A stretch of 64,000 bases of DNA from Antedon mediterranea. Lineage: Eukaryota; Animalia; Echinodermata. A program made the translations under genes and the position numbers. Below, piece by piece: positions 15,030-27,092 of this stretch. Below the pieces are notes generated by a model. The model was given only the letters and a program-made list of their open reading frames with translations, had not been told where the DNA came from and searched no databases. The stretch lies in NCBI RefSeq assembly GCF_964355755.1, contig NC_092674.1, forward strand, positions 20,956,001-21,020,000, given 5' to 3'. Every line of letters begins with the position of its first letter. Within the stretch, counting starts at the first letter, position 1.

Positions 15030-15410
15030 CCCACATCTCCCCCTTCATTACGTAGATGTCACAATGATCTTATTTTTCTTTTTAAATGTCTTCATTTTAT
15101 TTTTGACTGCAACTTTATCTCCCATTTCGGTATTCGTGTTCCCGCCAGTAATTTAAGAAACAACCGTATCCTTTGTGTTCCCTTTTGTAGAGTCAATGTT
15201 CTAAAACATGGTTACATCAGTAGATTAAGTGTATATTATAATAGTTTAGTTTAGTTTAGGCCCATCCCCATATTGACATTTTTAAATCCAATCTTTATCT
15301 GTTTTGTCGTAATTTAAGTGTTTCTGAGTTGTTGTAATTGTATTTTATCTGTTAAACCAAGCTGTAAGTGGCGGATTTGTTTCTGATGTTGTTTCTGGTT
15401 TAAAAAAAAA
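15030..15410 (+). mobile_element. Short 3' fragment of a CR1/L2-like LINE nested in the Tx1-like element
   Basis: LRRCHNDLIFLFK...NLRN C-terminal motif, followed by 3' UTR-like sequence and an A tract. Confidence 0.5.
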
Positions 15411-17318
15411 AAATATATATATATACCATTATTTTATTTAAAAGTTATTGAGAGCTGCGTCAATTTGAACAAGGTTGACGTTGAAACTCTCAGTAATTAT
15501 GAACAGATTGTTGAACAATATTTATGGGGAAATAAGAATATTTAAATAAATAACAAGGCTTTATTTTATAAAAATTGGGTTTCATCAGGGTTTACAAAAG
15601 TGAAACACGTTGTTTCCTTTAATCGTTTATTAAACCCAAGTGAAATAAAGAATAATTTGGGTATAAAAAGAAATTGGATTAGTGAATTCACTACACTTTT
15701 TGAGGCAATTCCAAAAATGTGGATAAATGTAATTAAGAAAAACAATAAACAGGTAAATAATATGGTTACAAAATGTGACGTAATTGATACAATTTTAGAA
15801 ATGACCATAAAAGATGCATATTTATACTTTGTCAACAGCATTTTTATTCCTTCTCAATGTATACGTAAATGGGAGAATGTCTTTAAAATTACAATAAAAA
15901 TGGCCAGAAGTTTGGAAACAAAAAGTATTAAATGAAAAAAACAAAAAAATATGCACAATTTAATTATAAATTGTTGAATCAAACTATTCCTACCAATAGT
16001 CGATTATATATGTGGAATATTAAGAGTACTAGTAAATGCAATAATTGTGATGCCTTTGACGATGAAAAACACATGTTCTTTGAATGTCCAGGTAACAAGA
16101 ATTTATGGGGAAATATAGATAACATTTTTAAAAATATTGATGGTAGTAAAAGTTTTTTTAATGAGCTCATTCTTGGCAGTGGAAATTGTACAAAAAACAA
16201 TATACCATCGCTACTTATTCTATTTATAAAATAAAAATATATAATGAATTAAAAAAACCGTTTTGTCAAAATCCATGGGTGGTCTTTAAATCTAATGTAG
16301 TAGATATGACTGCCGTAGGTTTGATTTAAATGTGTTTTATTATATTTATTCTACCATACAAAATAGCATAATTATATTGCATGAATAAATTTTAAATATA
16401 TTCAGTTTATGTTAAACAACAAAAGTGAACAAAAAAAATCTGCAATGCGAATGGTGCTAGTTTTTTATGTACATTCATATATTTACAATATATAAGATAC
16501 TTTTTTATTAATCATTCATGGTGTTCTCACCTCCTGATGAGATATTTTATATAGCCATTTTAGATATACTGATGTATATACTACACTGTACTGTAAACAT
16601 TATTTATGCATTGTTACCTTTATTTACTATAAACTTGAGTATCCTAAATTCAAGCAAATAATGATAAAAAAAGAGAGGAATATGTCAATATGTATTTGTA
16701 ATAATTAGGATGAACGAATAAATGTGGTAGATTACACCACAAAAGAGAAAAAAAAGTAAATAAACTGCTTAAACGTGCTATTAGAATTATTACACTTTCC
16801 CCTTATTAAACCCTATCTAAACCTTTATTCAAAGAACTTAAGTTGCTAAATTTATTTGACATACATAAATGCTAGGTGGCCTCTTTTATTTTTCTATTCA
16901 CAATAATCTTCCTACTTCTATAATTAATTGATTTAATAATGTTGTACATTATCATGATTATAAACTTCGTAGCATGCATTGTAACTTCCAGTTAAATATT
17001 CCTTTTAGAAGAATTTTTAGAAGAGTTGGATGTCACTAATAAAAGTTTAACTTCTCTTTTTACCTTTCGAAATAAATTAAAAAGTGTTTACGAATATAAC
17101 TATTATTATTTATATTACTATTCTGTTTTTGTTTTGTTTCATTTGTTTTATTGATTTTATTGATCAAATTTTGATTTGTTTAGTCTGTAAATCAACAATG
17201 TAAATATTCTTTACTCTAAAAGGGTCTTACGTGACAAGATGTTTATCTTCTAGTAATTATCCTGGTATGGTTTCTTTATATCAAATCTATTTTATATCTT
17301 TTTACTATTTGATAGTTT

Positions 17319-18330
17319 GTCACGAACTCCTTTGACGTGAAATAACTCCAGAAGCTTTTTCCGAATTTAATTCGTTTTCATCTCTTAGTTTTTCTTTTCT
17401 AGCATGATCTCTAGTGTCAACTTCAGGAGTGCCTTTCACTCTTTTCTCCTGGTTGTTTCTATTTTCGTGTTTTCTATTTTGAAACTTTTTCTCAAAAAAA
17501 TGTTCTATCATCAGCTGCATCATAAGATTCTGTTGCTGCATTTGCTGTTGCATCATAAGATTCTGCTGTTGCATTTGTTGCTGCATCAACAACAAAAAAT
17601 TGTTTGAAGATGATACAGCCCCTGTAGGGTTATGTCCACTGGTTGGTCCAGACTCCTGTGTCTGTTGTTCAGGTTGTAATGACTGAACCGATTCTACATC
17701 AGAATCAGATTCATCACCACCGCTGTATTCTCTACCGGATCTTGTTGTTGATTGTTTATCAGTCTTATTTTAAATCTGGATGAGGGTCTTGTTACTAGTT
17801 AATCGTAGTTACCGAGACGTTCACAAGTCTACTGTTCCAAATAAATAATGTACTGTTCTTAAAACAATGTTTGTGTACTTACGATTAAACACAACGTAGC
17901 ACCACGGCTTCCGTAAAATATCACAGTATTGTAAGTACCGCTTCCACAAAATATCTCAATAAAAGTACAGTTGATCCTAAAACAGCCACCAATCTATCAC
18001 AAAATACAGTAGATCAAACGTACTACTACCACAAAATATCACAACAGTAGATAAAAAATAAATCCACAGTTAAGTCGAACAGTAGATCGAAATAACCGCT
18101 ACCACCAAATTATGTCGAACACCGTTGCCACCAAATTATGTCACGAACTCCTTTTACGTATGTTTCCGAGCGGTTGAAAATACTTTAGGAACTCCCTTGT
18201 GACATAAGAGTAAACACACAAAATCCACAAAGTTGTAAATTAACTCAAAACAAAGCTTTAATTCCAATCAACTTCAACTTTCAACAATCCAGTAAGCACT
18301 TTAAACAACAGCTTCACAATAACTTTTACT
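17319..18330 (-). mobile_element. LTR-retrotransposon remnant (PBS-like motifs, gag N-terminus with Gln/Met repeat)
   Basis: Minus-strand tggtggtagcggt (~18095-18107) and tggtggcaacggt (~18121-18133); TRSG motif then acidic and QQQMQQQNLMM repeats; direct repeat gtcacgaactccttt at ~17319 and ~18140. Confidence 0.5.
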
Positions 18331-18665
18331 CTTTCCGTTAAAAAATAACACCCAGATTCTTGTAGAGAATTATGTCTAACGACAAACGAGATTAAATTAT
18401 GAGTTGCAACCTAGTACCATGGGCAACTGTAACATTTTCCGTCACTTGTTCAATAAATCAGTGTTGTACTCAGCAGACACGATTTTCGATACAAAGTCCA
18501 AACATGTATATTTTACAGTAAATACAAAGTACAGACGTGGTGCATCTTTCGTACTTTTATCATAAGTGGTTTTTCTTTCCTGATTGTAGAATTAAGTTCT
18601 AGAATGTTTTTGATTACTTATGTACACATTTTTTTCTTATTATTAAGAATAAGTGATACATTGCA

Positions 18666-20894
18666 ATGGATTTGTTGAAGAAGCTAGGTTTTTTTACCTG
18701 TGTACTGGTCATTATTTACAACACTGGGAAGTATTAAATATATAATAATGGTGATTGATTCTTTCCATACACTGTGTTTTTGTGACAGCAAATGTTCTGA
18801 ATTTTGATTATCTGTTGACAAACTGGTTTGTCCAATCGCAATAGTGCTTTTGAGAACTTAGTGACAAAGATCACCCACAAACGTTATGGTGCCTCTTATA
18901 ATTTGTGTTAAAACTAAAGCAAGTAAGAAATACTCTATGGTATAATCAGTTTATGTATGAAACGAGTTATTTCATCATTTTTCACCTTAAAATCAAAGTT
19001 TCACAATACAAAAAATAATTTTTTCGTGCAACATATTAATATGTTCATTGTATTGTGATTACCTTTAGTTCAGATTTCATTGATTTTATTTTTATTGTGT
19101 GAATTTAGAGTCAAGCTTGGTTAATACATTACGCGAACATAACTGTTTTTTGTCGAACATGATGGTCCGTGATAAGAAAGACTATACTGTTAAAATGGAT
19201 CGTGTTGTTAACTCTCGTTCTGCCATTCAATGCGTCAGCTTTTGTACTCTTGACCCAACATGCGTGTCTATCAGTTTTGATGGAATTAATTCATGTTTGA
19301 TGTACAGCGTCGAAAACGGTAGTTTAGATACTGACAAAGGACAACCTACATACTACGAAATTACCAAGGTATTATGGCGTGTCCATGGGTGTTTTTCTGC
19401 TTAATAACACAAAAATATACGTGAATAACTACAACTACTATATTATAGTGTGCTACAATTACATTTCTACGTACTGATACAAAAACAATTATTTTGACAT
19501 ATTGCTCACGTACGTAGGCCTACGTTTGTACTTACACGTAACAAAATGCGTTAATGTGTCGGCCTTTTCACGCATTAAACCATAATTTACCTCCTATCAG
19601 AAACATGCCCCGTGATCTAAGCACCTGGGTTGTGGGATTGGATCCAGTTGGGTTGGTCATAGCTGGGCATTTAGGAATACCAGAGAAGAGTGAAATTATT
19701 TTAATATTTAATTAATTTCACTCTTTTCTGGGAGTACTGTTTTTGCCGTACATCCCAGATCGTTGGGTCATCTATGGATGCTGTAACTACACACACATAC
19801 AAACGTAAACATGTCTTAAAGATGTTTTTCGTTTATTTTCTCTTTTGACTTGTTGCACATCTTAATGTTGAACTTTGAAAAAATGTTATTATGCCGGCCT
19901 GGCCATTTTGAGTTTTTTTTTAGTTTTCGGTGGGCATGTATTATGCTCACAACCAACCATGACTGCGACGGCTGCGCTAAGCTGCTGTAGTATTTCTGCC
20001 ATCTTCATCATTGTCGTTTACTATTATTTATTCTTTATACTTAGATAAGAAATCATGAATGTACTGGTTACAACAACGAGGAGGTCAAATGCGTTTACCA
20101 ACATGGACATGAATGCGAAAATATGAGTAAGTTAATTACTGTCATTACACGACGAAGGGTAGAGGTTTCCGTGTTCAAACAAACATCAAATTATAAATGA
20201 TTAATGGAGGCTCGCGCTCAAAATTGTAAACTGGTCGTGCGTAATATCATTGTTTAATATCATTATCATGTTATGGTTATTTAAATTAATGCTTGGTTCA
20301 TAAGAACACCGTACATTGACCAATCACGGCGCGATGGATCCCATCTTAACTGTCGCTTCCGCTTTGTCAACTCACTTTCTTTGCGCCCATACGTCATTGG
20401 AAACCAGCTTAATTTTAGTTTTTGTTTGTTAAGTTATTACTAGTTTTATCTATTTTTTCTCTACAGTGTGCAAACAAAATGTTACAACTACAAACAACGA
20501 ATATCGTTTTGATAACCCAATATTCCAAGTAGAAACGACGACAAGGATAGAGTTCAGTGTTGTTGCTAAAAATGACGTTTACATTGCGTTATCGTCAAGT
20601 CCGGAGGTTATGACACCAATGTATGAGATTGTGATTGGTGGTTGGAAAAATACTAGATCAGTCATTCGCCGCTGTGCGCAGTGTGACAATGAGAAAATAC
20701 ATGTTGAAACTGGAATACTATCTGTGGATGAGTTTACCAAATTCTGGATATCGTTTGTAAATGAATCAATTCGTGTTGGTTTGGTAGGCAGTGACCCTTT
20801 CATTGAATGGGATGACCCGAATCCATTTCCTGTCAAATACGTTGGATTCTCCACATGGCACGGAATCAAAGGAACATTTCAATTTTGTCAATGA
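18666..20894 (+). CDS. PAN/Apple + FAMeT-like protein, copy 2 (exons 18666-18726, 19109-19368, 20045-20126, 20467-20894); intron-1 donor is GG, possible pseudogene
   Basis: Exons collinear with copy 1 and open, but 18727-18732 reads ggaagt instead of gtaagt. Confidence 0.8.
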
Positions 20895-21268
20895 AATGTT
20901 GTTTGTATTCATATTTATCTTTTTAAAATTAAGCACGGCAGTTGTAGGCTAGGCCTACTTCAATCAAAATATAAGGCACGCTAGAACAGTAGAATGATAG
21001 GCCTGCTTCTGTTTAAAGATATCAACTAACCCTGAGGTTATGTTCTTTTTTAATGTCTGCTTGCTTTGATAATTTAATTTTAAATATATATATATATTAC
21101 ATATAGATTAAATTTCTAAATGCTCATGACCTCTTACTTGTATACAATCAAATAACTCGACTATAATTCAGATCTTGTTGAGATGTTAAATGAGGGTTTT
21201 GTATACAGTATTATTGGCTGACATGGCGTTTGTTTTGTATTATTACGAACTAGCCCGAACTCTACTAT

Positions 21269-22496
21269 CCCAGCTAACAATTTAACGTTCAAATAACGTT
21301 ATTTGAATGTTATCTGTTACGTTTTTTGAATGTTACAAATTAACGTTAAGTTGACTTAAAAATGTTGACCCTTGTAAACGGTCATTGAAAGTTTTTTGTC
21401 AAGTTTGTTGAAGGTTTAAAATAAAGTTAAAATGAGGTGTTTTTATTAAAACATTCAAAAATAGTTGTTTTAATACTAAATAAGTAGCTAGCTTGATAGA
21501 TAGAATTGTACAGATGTACTGATAGTAACTGTTACTGAGCTAAGAAGATTGGCAGATGCTTGGCTTTGGTATACTCAGGCTAATACTAAAGTGGGCCAAG
21601 CGCGCCTAGAAGTACAGATGAGACAGACTAGCCAATCAAATCGTATTTTTCATGAAATAAGATCCTTCATGAGGTCTCCTTGTGAATAATGTACGTGTAT
21701 AACAACTACTGTAGGTCATAGCATAAAACTGTTTTTTTTTCTAATCTGTTGCAACATTTTAATATACTCTACTGAAAAACAGTATCTAATGTCCCATTTT
21801 TGTGAATGTCATTTTAACTTAAGATGGACGTTATCATAACAGTTCTGTTAAGTGCATCTCCTTACTTTCTATTACCGATTAAAGTTGTGTACACGGCTTG
21901 ATTCTTTCAACGTTAGATGTATGTTAATGAAAATGTTATATTTTAAGGTTCTAATTGCCGTTCTTTTCAATGTTAAGTTATCTTCTAACGTTATTGTAAA
22001 TGTTAATCGAACGTTAGATGAATGTTTATAAAGTGTTCTCTAATAGATACTTTTACATTTGATTGATACATTTTTAATGTTAATAAAAATGTTATGTACA
22101 AGTCGTATTTTAACATTTTTGTGAACGTTCTTTGTACGTTAGATAAAGGTTTTAGAAATATTTATGTATTTTAACGTTATTATAAAAAGTTAATCTAACA
22201 TTAGATGAACGTTGTTAAAAAGGTTCACCGAAAGTTACTTTTTGAACGTTATTCTGAATGTCCTTCTAATGTTCGATAAACCATTCTGTTTAAGTTAGAT
22301 TTAAAACATTATTGTGAACGTTCTTTCAACGTTAGATAAAGATTTTAGAAATAGTTATGTAACATTTCATTTTAATGTTATTATGAAAGTTAACCTAACG
22401 TTAGATGAACGTTGGTTACTGGAAGTTACTTTTGGACGTTTTTCTGAATTTCCTTCTAATGTTTGTTAAACGTTATTTTTGTATATTTTTGCTGGG
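21269..22496. mobile_element. Non-autonomous DNA transposon (CCCAGC...GCTGGG ends, many AACGTT repeats), left part
   Basis: Starts cccagctaac, contains tttgctggg at 22488-22496; absent from the paralogous 3' flank of copy 3 (~55815-55830). Confidence 0.7.
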
Positions 22497-22654
22497 AAAT
22501 AGCCAGGTGTTTTATTGACAATACTGAAGGTTTTTAATTAATATTAATTTACACATTATTATTATTATACCGTATTTCGTTCATGATACTAATTGACATT
22601 TTTATCACATCAGTAGAAAAAGAGGTACTTCAGTCAGCCTTGACCTTGATGTAT

Positions 22655-22908
22655 TTCCTGATTACGTAATATCCGCCAGGTGTTTCTAATGAAGGTCGTT
22701 CTTTTCCTGATTACGTATAGTTATGTAATTTGAAGGTCGTTTTTTTCCTGTTATTGTAATAGTTATGTAATTTCCGCCAGGTGTTTCTAATGAAGGTCGT
22801 TCTTTTCCTGGTTTCGTACTAGTTATGCAATTTCCGCCAGGTGTTTCTAATGAAGGTCGTTCTTTTCCTGGTTTCGTAATAATTATGTAATTTCCGCCAG
22901 GCGTTTCT
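22655..22908. repeat. Subterminal 60-bp tandem repeats, left end (mirrored at ~36800-37040)
   Basis: tttccgccaggtgtttctaatgaaggtcgttcttttcctg... with tttccgccag at 22771, 22831 and 22891; unit arrangement differs between the two ends. Confidence 0.9.
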
Positions 22909-22928
22909 TTGTCTCTTATTTATTAATT

Positions 22929-22965
22929 TTTGGCGCGATGTTCTGGTACGTGGTGAGTGACGTCA
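22929..22965 (+). promoter_or_regulatory. E2F-like (TTTGGCGCG) and ATF/CRE (TGACGTCA) motifs upstream of the first ORF
   Basis: Motifs at 22929-22937 and 22958-22965, conserved in the right arm; function inferred only. Confidence 0.4.
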
Positions 22966-23078
22966 TTACGTTATTTATGATTTAAGACGGTGTAACAAAG
23001 TGAAGCGGTTATTGTTGTACTATTTTCCAGTTGTTTTTGCATATTTTTGCGTAGAGTATCTCTTTTCAGTATTTCATT

Positions 23079-23633
23079 ATGTCTGGAAGTATATATTTTT
23101 CGCAAGGGAGTTGTGCAGATAATGTTATAATAATTAGCGATGATGAGGAGACTGTTGTTGTTCCAGGCAGTGATATAGATGATCGTTACACGGAGGCCGA
23201 AGAGGTTATCCCCGCCGGTATAGATGAAGGAGTCGAGAGGAGTAACAGGCCTACAAGTTGTATATTCACGTACTTGGACGAGGTGGAGAGAGAATTTATG
23301 TTGAAAATGGAGCGTTTGGTTAAACAATTGTTTGCTGCTCAAGTGTTAGCCAAGTGTTGGGTTTTAAGTAAAGCGGATTGTTATGGTTGTGAATTTGACA
23401 GGAGCAGTCAAAAAGATCATGATTTTTGTTGTATGAAGTCTCTAGAGGAACAGATTGACTATTTTTATCGGGAGGTTCTGGATAAGAAGTATGTTTCAGT
23501 CGATACCGTTTACAACGAACTAAATATGCACGGAGAATATTCATTGCCTCGGTATAGACATTTCGTTTATTTTCTTGTCAATACCCTGATTAATTCAGAG
23601 GCTATTTTTAAGCTGTTGTGCGAGGATATTTAA
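23079..23633 (+). CDS. Uncharacterised 184-aa acidic protein with SIM-like motif and Cys/His cluster
   Basis: Open ORF, more GC-rich than flanks; VIIISDDEE; CYGCEFDRSSQKDHDFCC. True start uncertain (1-nt indel between arms just after the ATG). Confidence 0.65.
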   Translation: MSGSIYFSQGSCADNVIIISDDEETVVVPGSDIDDRYTEAEEVIPAGIDEGVERSNRPTSCIFTYLDEVEREFMLKMERLVKQLFAAQVLAKCWVLSKADCYGCEFDRSSQKDHDFCCMKSLEEQIDYFYREVLDKKYVSVDTVYNELNMHGEYSLPRYRHFVYFLVNTLINSEAIFKLLCEDI

Positions 23634-23792
23634 ATTGTGTTTCGCACGTGTCACGGAAACGATTGACCGGAAATAACAATCATTATCTTTTTAATTACTG
23701 TACTGGGCTACTTCCCTACTGAGCTGCATATATATCCTGATTCAAGCGTAATCGTTCGTTTCACTCTCTGTAACTCTCTACAGTCTATAAAC

Positions 23793-25634
23793 ATGAGTTT
23801 CAACTGTTTACCTACTCCGAAATTAGCAATTGGTGAGAAAGCCCGTAGGACTATGAAAAGAGTTATGGGGAGTTCTAATGGTCAAGCTGACGAGTGTAGC
23901 AGTTTAAAATTACCAACGATGGCTTCTACATCAGCGAATATAATGGATTCTATAAAATCTTTTAACGGTCAAACAGATGAGTGTAAAGGTTTGAGTAAAG
24001 CCTCAGGAATGAGCGCCCGAGATTTTGCCGTAATGACCGATGGTGTACCAAAGATTTCCATAACTTCAAAGAATCGGATTTTCTTGTCTGAAAAACGCCA
24101 TGTAGTGGCCCAGCGATGGGGTGACGATGTTTATGTTTGTCTCAGAGAGTATTACCAAACGGAAGAATATGGTGCCTTCAAACCTGGACCTCTAGGTATT
24201 AATTTACCCGTTCTGCTGTGGCAAAAACTTTTCAACAATATTGATTTAATTATTCAGTCACTGGAAGACTTACAAAGAGACATTAACATGGTGGAGGCAG
24301 TAAGAATCCCCCTTTCGGACATAATTCATGTGGTAGTTAGTAACTGGAAAGAAGAACAATTTGTGTGTATTCGTCGCTATTACCAGTCTGAAGAAGGAGG
24401 AAAGTTTAAACCCGGTAAACAAGGTGTAAACCTTCCAAAGAGTCAGTGGTTCAAGTTAATTGAAAAACACGGTGAAATACAAAAGATGATTGAGGAGGTT
24501 GGTAATGATAATGCAGCTACTGTTGAAGGAGGTGTTGACAAAAACGTTAATGGAGGACGTTTATTCAATTCAGAACATCATTTGCTACCTCCTGATAAGT
24601 TATCGGTGCAAAAGATAATAGGGGAAAATTTAGACTGTGATTACCTTCAACTTCTTGATAAAGGAGCAGCCGATACATTGTTTAAAAAATGTGAGGAAGA
24701 GATTGACTATTTTACCGGTGATTTTGCAAAGGTGAAAGTGTATGGAAAGTGGTTTAATATTCCTAGAAAACAGGTTAGTTCCATTATGTTTTTATCCGTG
24801 GTTTTGTATTAATGACTTGTTAATTACTTGTATATCGTTTCCTTTGTTTTTCTTTATTTACCGCTGTGTAGCTATAGGTGTAATTTACTCTTTTACTGTA
24901 AATTATTTTATTTAGGCGTGTTCATTTACATCTCGCCAAATAATAAATGACTTTCTTTGTATGGTTTCCTCTCTGCAGGTTTCGTTTGGCGATGCAGGCT
25001 TAACTTACAAATATTCAGGCAATACAGTACCAGCTTTACCGTGGCCACCATTCCTGAAAGATCTCCGCGACCTTTTAAAATCGGTTACAGGACATTACTT
25101 CAATTTTGTTTTGGTCAACCGGTAAATATTCTTGTTTATTATTTTATTTATTTATTTTTTTTTATTGATTAAAAGGGTCTATAGTTTACCTCTAAAACGA
25201 TTGAACATTATCAGTATTCATACTGGATGATTTCTGCAATTTGTTAGATAAGATTGTTTTAATGGATAATTGGGGTTTTTTTTAGTCTCATCTTAAAATA
25301 TCTTATTTTCTATTGTATTTTGTCGTTACTCTATAGATATGCTACTGGAAGTGATTACATTGGCGAACACAAAGATGATGAGAAAGACATGGATCACTTT
25401 AGTTCAATCGCCTCTGTATCATTGGGGCAAACACGTATGTTTAGATTTCGACATGGTGATGCGCGAGGTAAGAGTCCCAAAAGAATCATTGAGCCAGTAA
25501 CTGTTGATCTTAAACACGGTACATTATTAATGATGAATTATCCCACTAATGAGTACTGGTACCATTCACTGCCTAAAAATCAATCCATCAAGCTACCAAG
25601 AATAAATCTCACGTTTAGAGATATTAAAAGATGA
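23793..25634 (+). CDS. Tandem PC4 (Sub1-type ssDNA-binding) domains fused to an ALKBH2-like 2OG-Fe(II) dioxygenase (473 aa; exons 23793-24773, 24979-25121, 25337-25634)
   Basis: PC4 repeats VCLREYY...KPGPLGINL...WQKL and VCIRRYY...KPGKQGVNL...QWFKL; ALKBH2 motifs VYGKWFNIPRKQ|VSFGDAGLTYKYSG, FNFVLVNR|Y, IGEHKDDE, YHSLP, RINLTFR; GT-AG introns in phase 0 and 2. Confidence 0.9.
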
Positions 25635-25964
25635 GAGAAATGTTACGCAAACATTACAGTCTTTAATAGTGATTGCAGATCTCAAGAATATCAACTGTTC
25701 ATGATCTGTTCTCATTTAGTATAGTAGTACCAGTTGAATTATTTTTGTGATGATATTCCTACAAATGGTTGTATTATTGTATTGAAGTTAATTCACTTAG
25801 ATTTTGGCCTAATTCCATTGATCGTTAATAATCATGTGATTGTTTGACATTGTGTGGATAATGATTAACTTTACGAATAATTTCTTAAAAGTAACTTGTA
25901 ATGTATTTCTAATTGTTAAATACAATTTTTTATGTTTTTAATAAGTGTGTAAGTTTTTCTTTAA

Positions 25965-27092
25965 AATGGACCTGAAATGGATTTTCGATTTTTTTCATTT
26001 TAGAATGATGTTTTGGGGGCTATTAGGTGTTGCTAGAATGTATATTGTTACAAAATATAAATTGGCCCTTTTGGGGAAAGCCCCATTTGAAAATCAAAAG
26101 AATTCGCGGGTGACATCACTTTGCGAATATATTCCTATCCCTCCAATGGACAATTTGCAGTTTTTTGGCTATAACTCTTGAAATCTATGGAGTATTTTCT
26201 AAAAAATGCTTGTGCATATGCAGAAACGTATTTAGAATTTTTTTAGATAAAATTATTACCGTATAAACGGTTATTCATCGAGTAAATGACGATTTAAAAT
26301 CTTAAAATCAACGTTTTTTTCTGGCAATACCGAAGTTGGCCTGGCAACGTTGTCCGGGATACAGCTCCGTGCGCAATGATGCGTATCCATATTTTCCGTT
26401 CGTGTATTTTGTATATCGTTCGTAATTTATACTGCTAAAATGTGTTAGTTTCTTTAGTTTTTAGTTTAGCAGAATTAAATTAGTAATATGAGATGATAAT
26501 TTATTTGTCACAAATCAGGCAGTTCGAAAACGAATTTTATTCATATTTTACTTTGGCTTGACAATGAGCGTAGCACGTTGTTGATATCGCTTTGGTCCTT
26601 GGATGCACATGAAACGGAGCCTCGCCGCATGATGTGGGTGGTGGATCGACTCCGCGCGCTGGATTGGGGGCCTAGGCCTAGTAAAGGTTTGGGAGGTAGG
26701 CCTTCTAAATTCGGGTTTTAGAACAAACGAAGTACATTTTAGGGACCTATATTTCAACAACATTAGATATTGAATAAATTAGTATTAGTGTCAACGCTTC
26801 GCGTATCTTTCCAGGCCGTCGATCATTCACTGACTTTCGGGCGGCATACACGCTCTCGATATCATCGTGTGTATATGTGACGTCGTGAATATAGAGGCTT
26901 CCGACGGCCGTTGAAATAGAATATTGCAATGGCGTGAGTAATTTTCGCTAATTTACCATGGTATCTTAAAATTTCGTTTTTACTCAAAATACTATACATT
27001 TTGTTTTTATTTGTATGGGTTTGTGTTAATTTGATACATTTAAATAACATGTGTGAATTTCTTGAAAATCGAAATTCCATTTCAGGTCCATT
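25965..27092. mobile_element. MITE with TTAA target duplication (Kolobok-like ends)
   Basis: ~30-bp TIR aatggacctgaaatggattttcgatt / aatcgaaattccatttcaggtccatt; TTAA at 25961-25964 and 27093-27096. Confidence 0.8.

Larger units (their letters stand above)
11620..16752 (+). mobile_element. Degenerate L1/Tx1-like LINE nested in the CR1-like LINE
   Basis: APE end (DVWR...FTW...TDHQAI, KGPSYWKMN), VRSRVKWIEEGE, WPITLLNTDYKIL, GVRQGCPLS, QLADDT, GKVTILKSL, GGIGMPD, CNNC...HMFFEC; A-rich tail; ~15-bp target duplication aaagtaaa(c/t)aaactg at 11605-11619 and 16753-16767. Confidence 0.85.
9850..17200 (+). mobile_element. Old degenerate CR1/L2-group LINE (pieces ~9850-11619 and 16753-~17200) split by a Tx1-like insertion
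   Basis: Broken RT motifs [58 protein letters not shown]; reading resumes as KRAIRII after 16767. Confidence 0.8.

Noticed and set aside
22655-22908. CRISPR-like repeat-spacer array
   Set aside because: The variable parts are near-identical to each other, so these are tandem repeats; the context is eukaryotic and has no cas genes.
23613-23630. LxCxE Rb-binding motif at the end of the 184-aa ORF
   Set aside because: The sequence is LLCED (LxCxD) and sits at the indel junction; too weak to claim.
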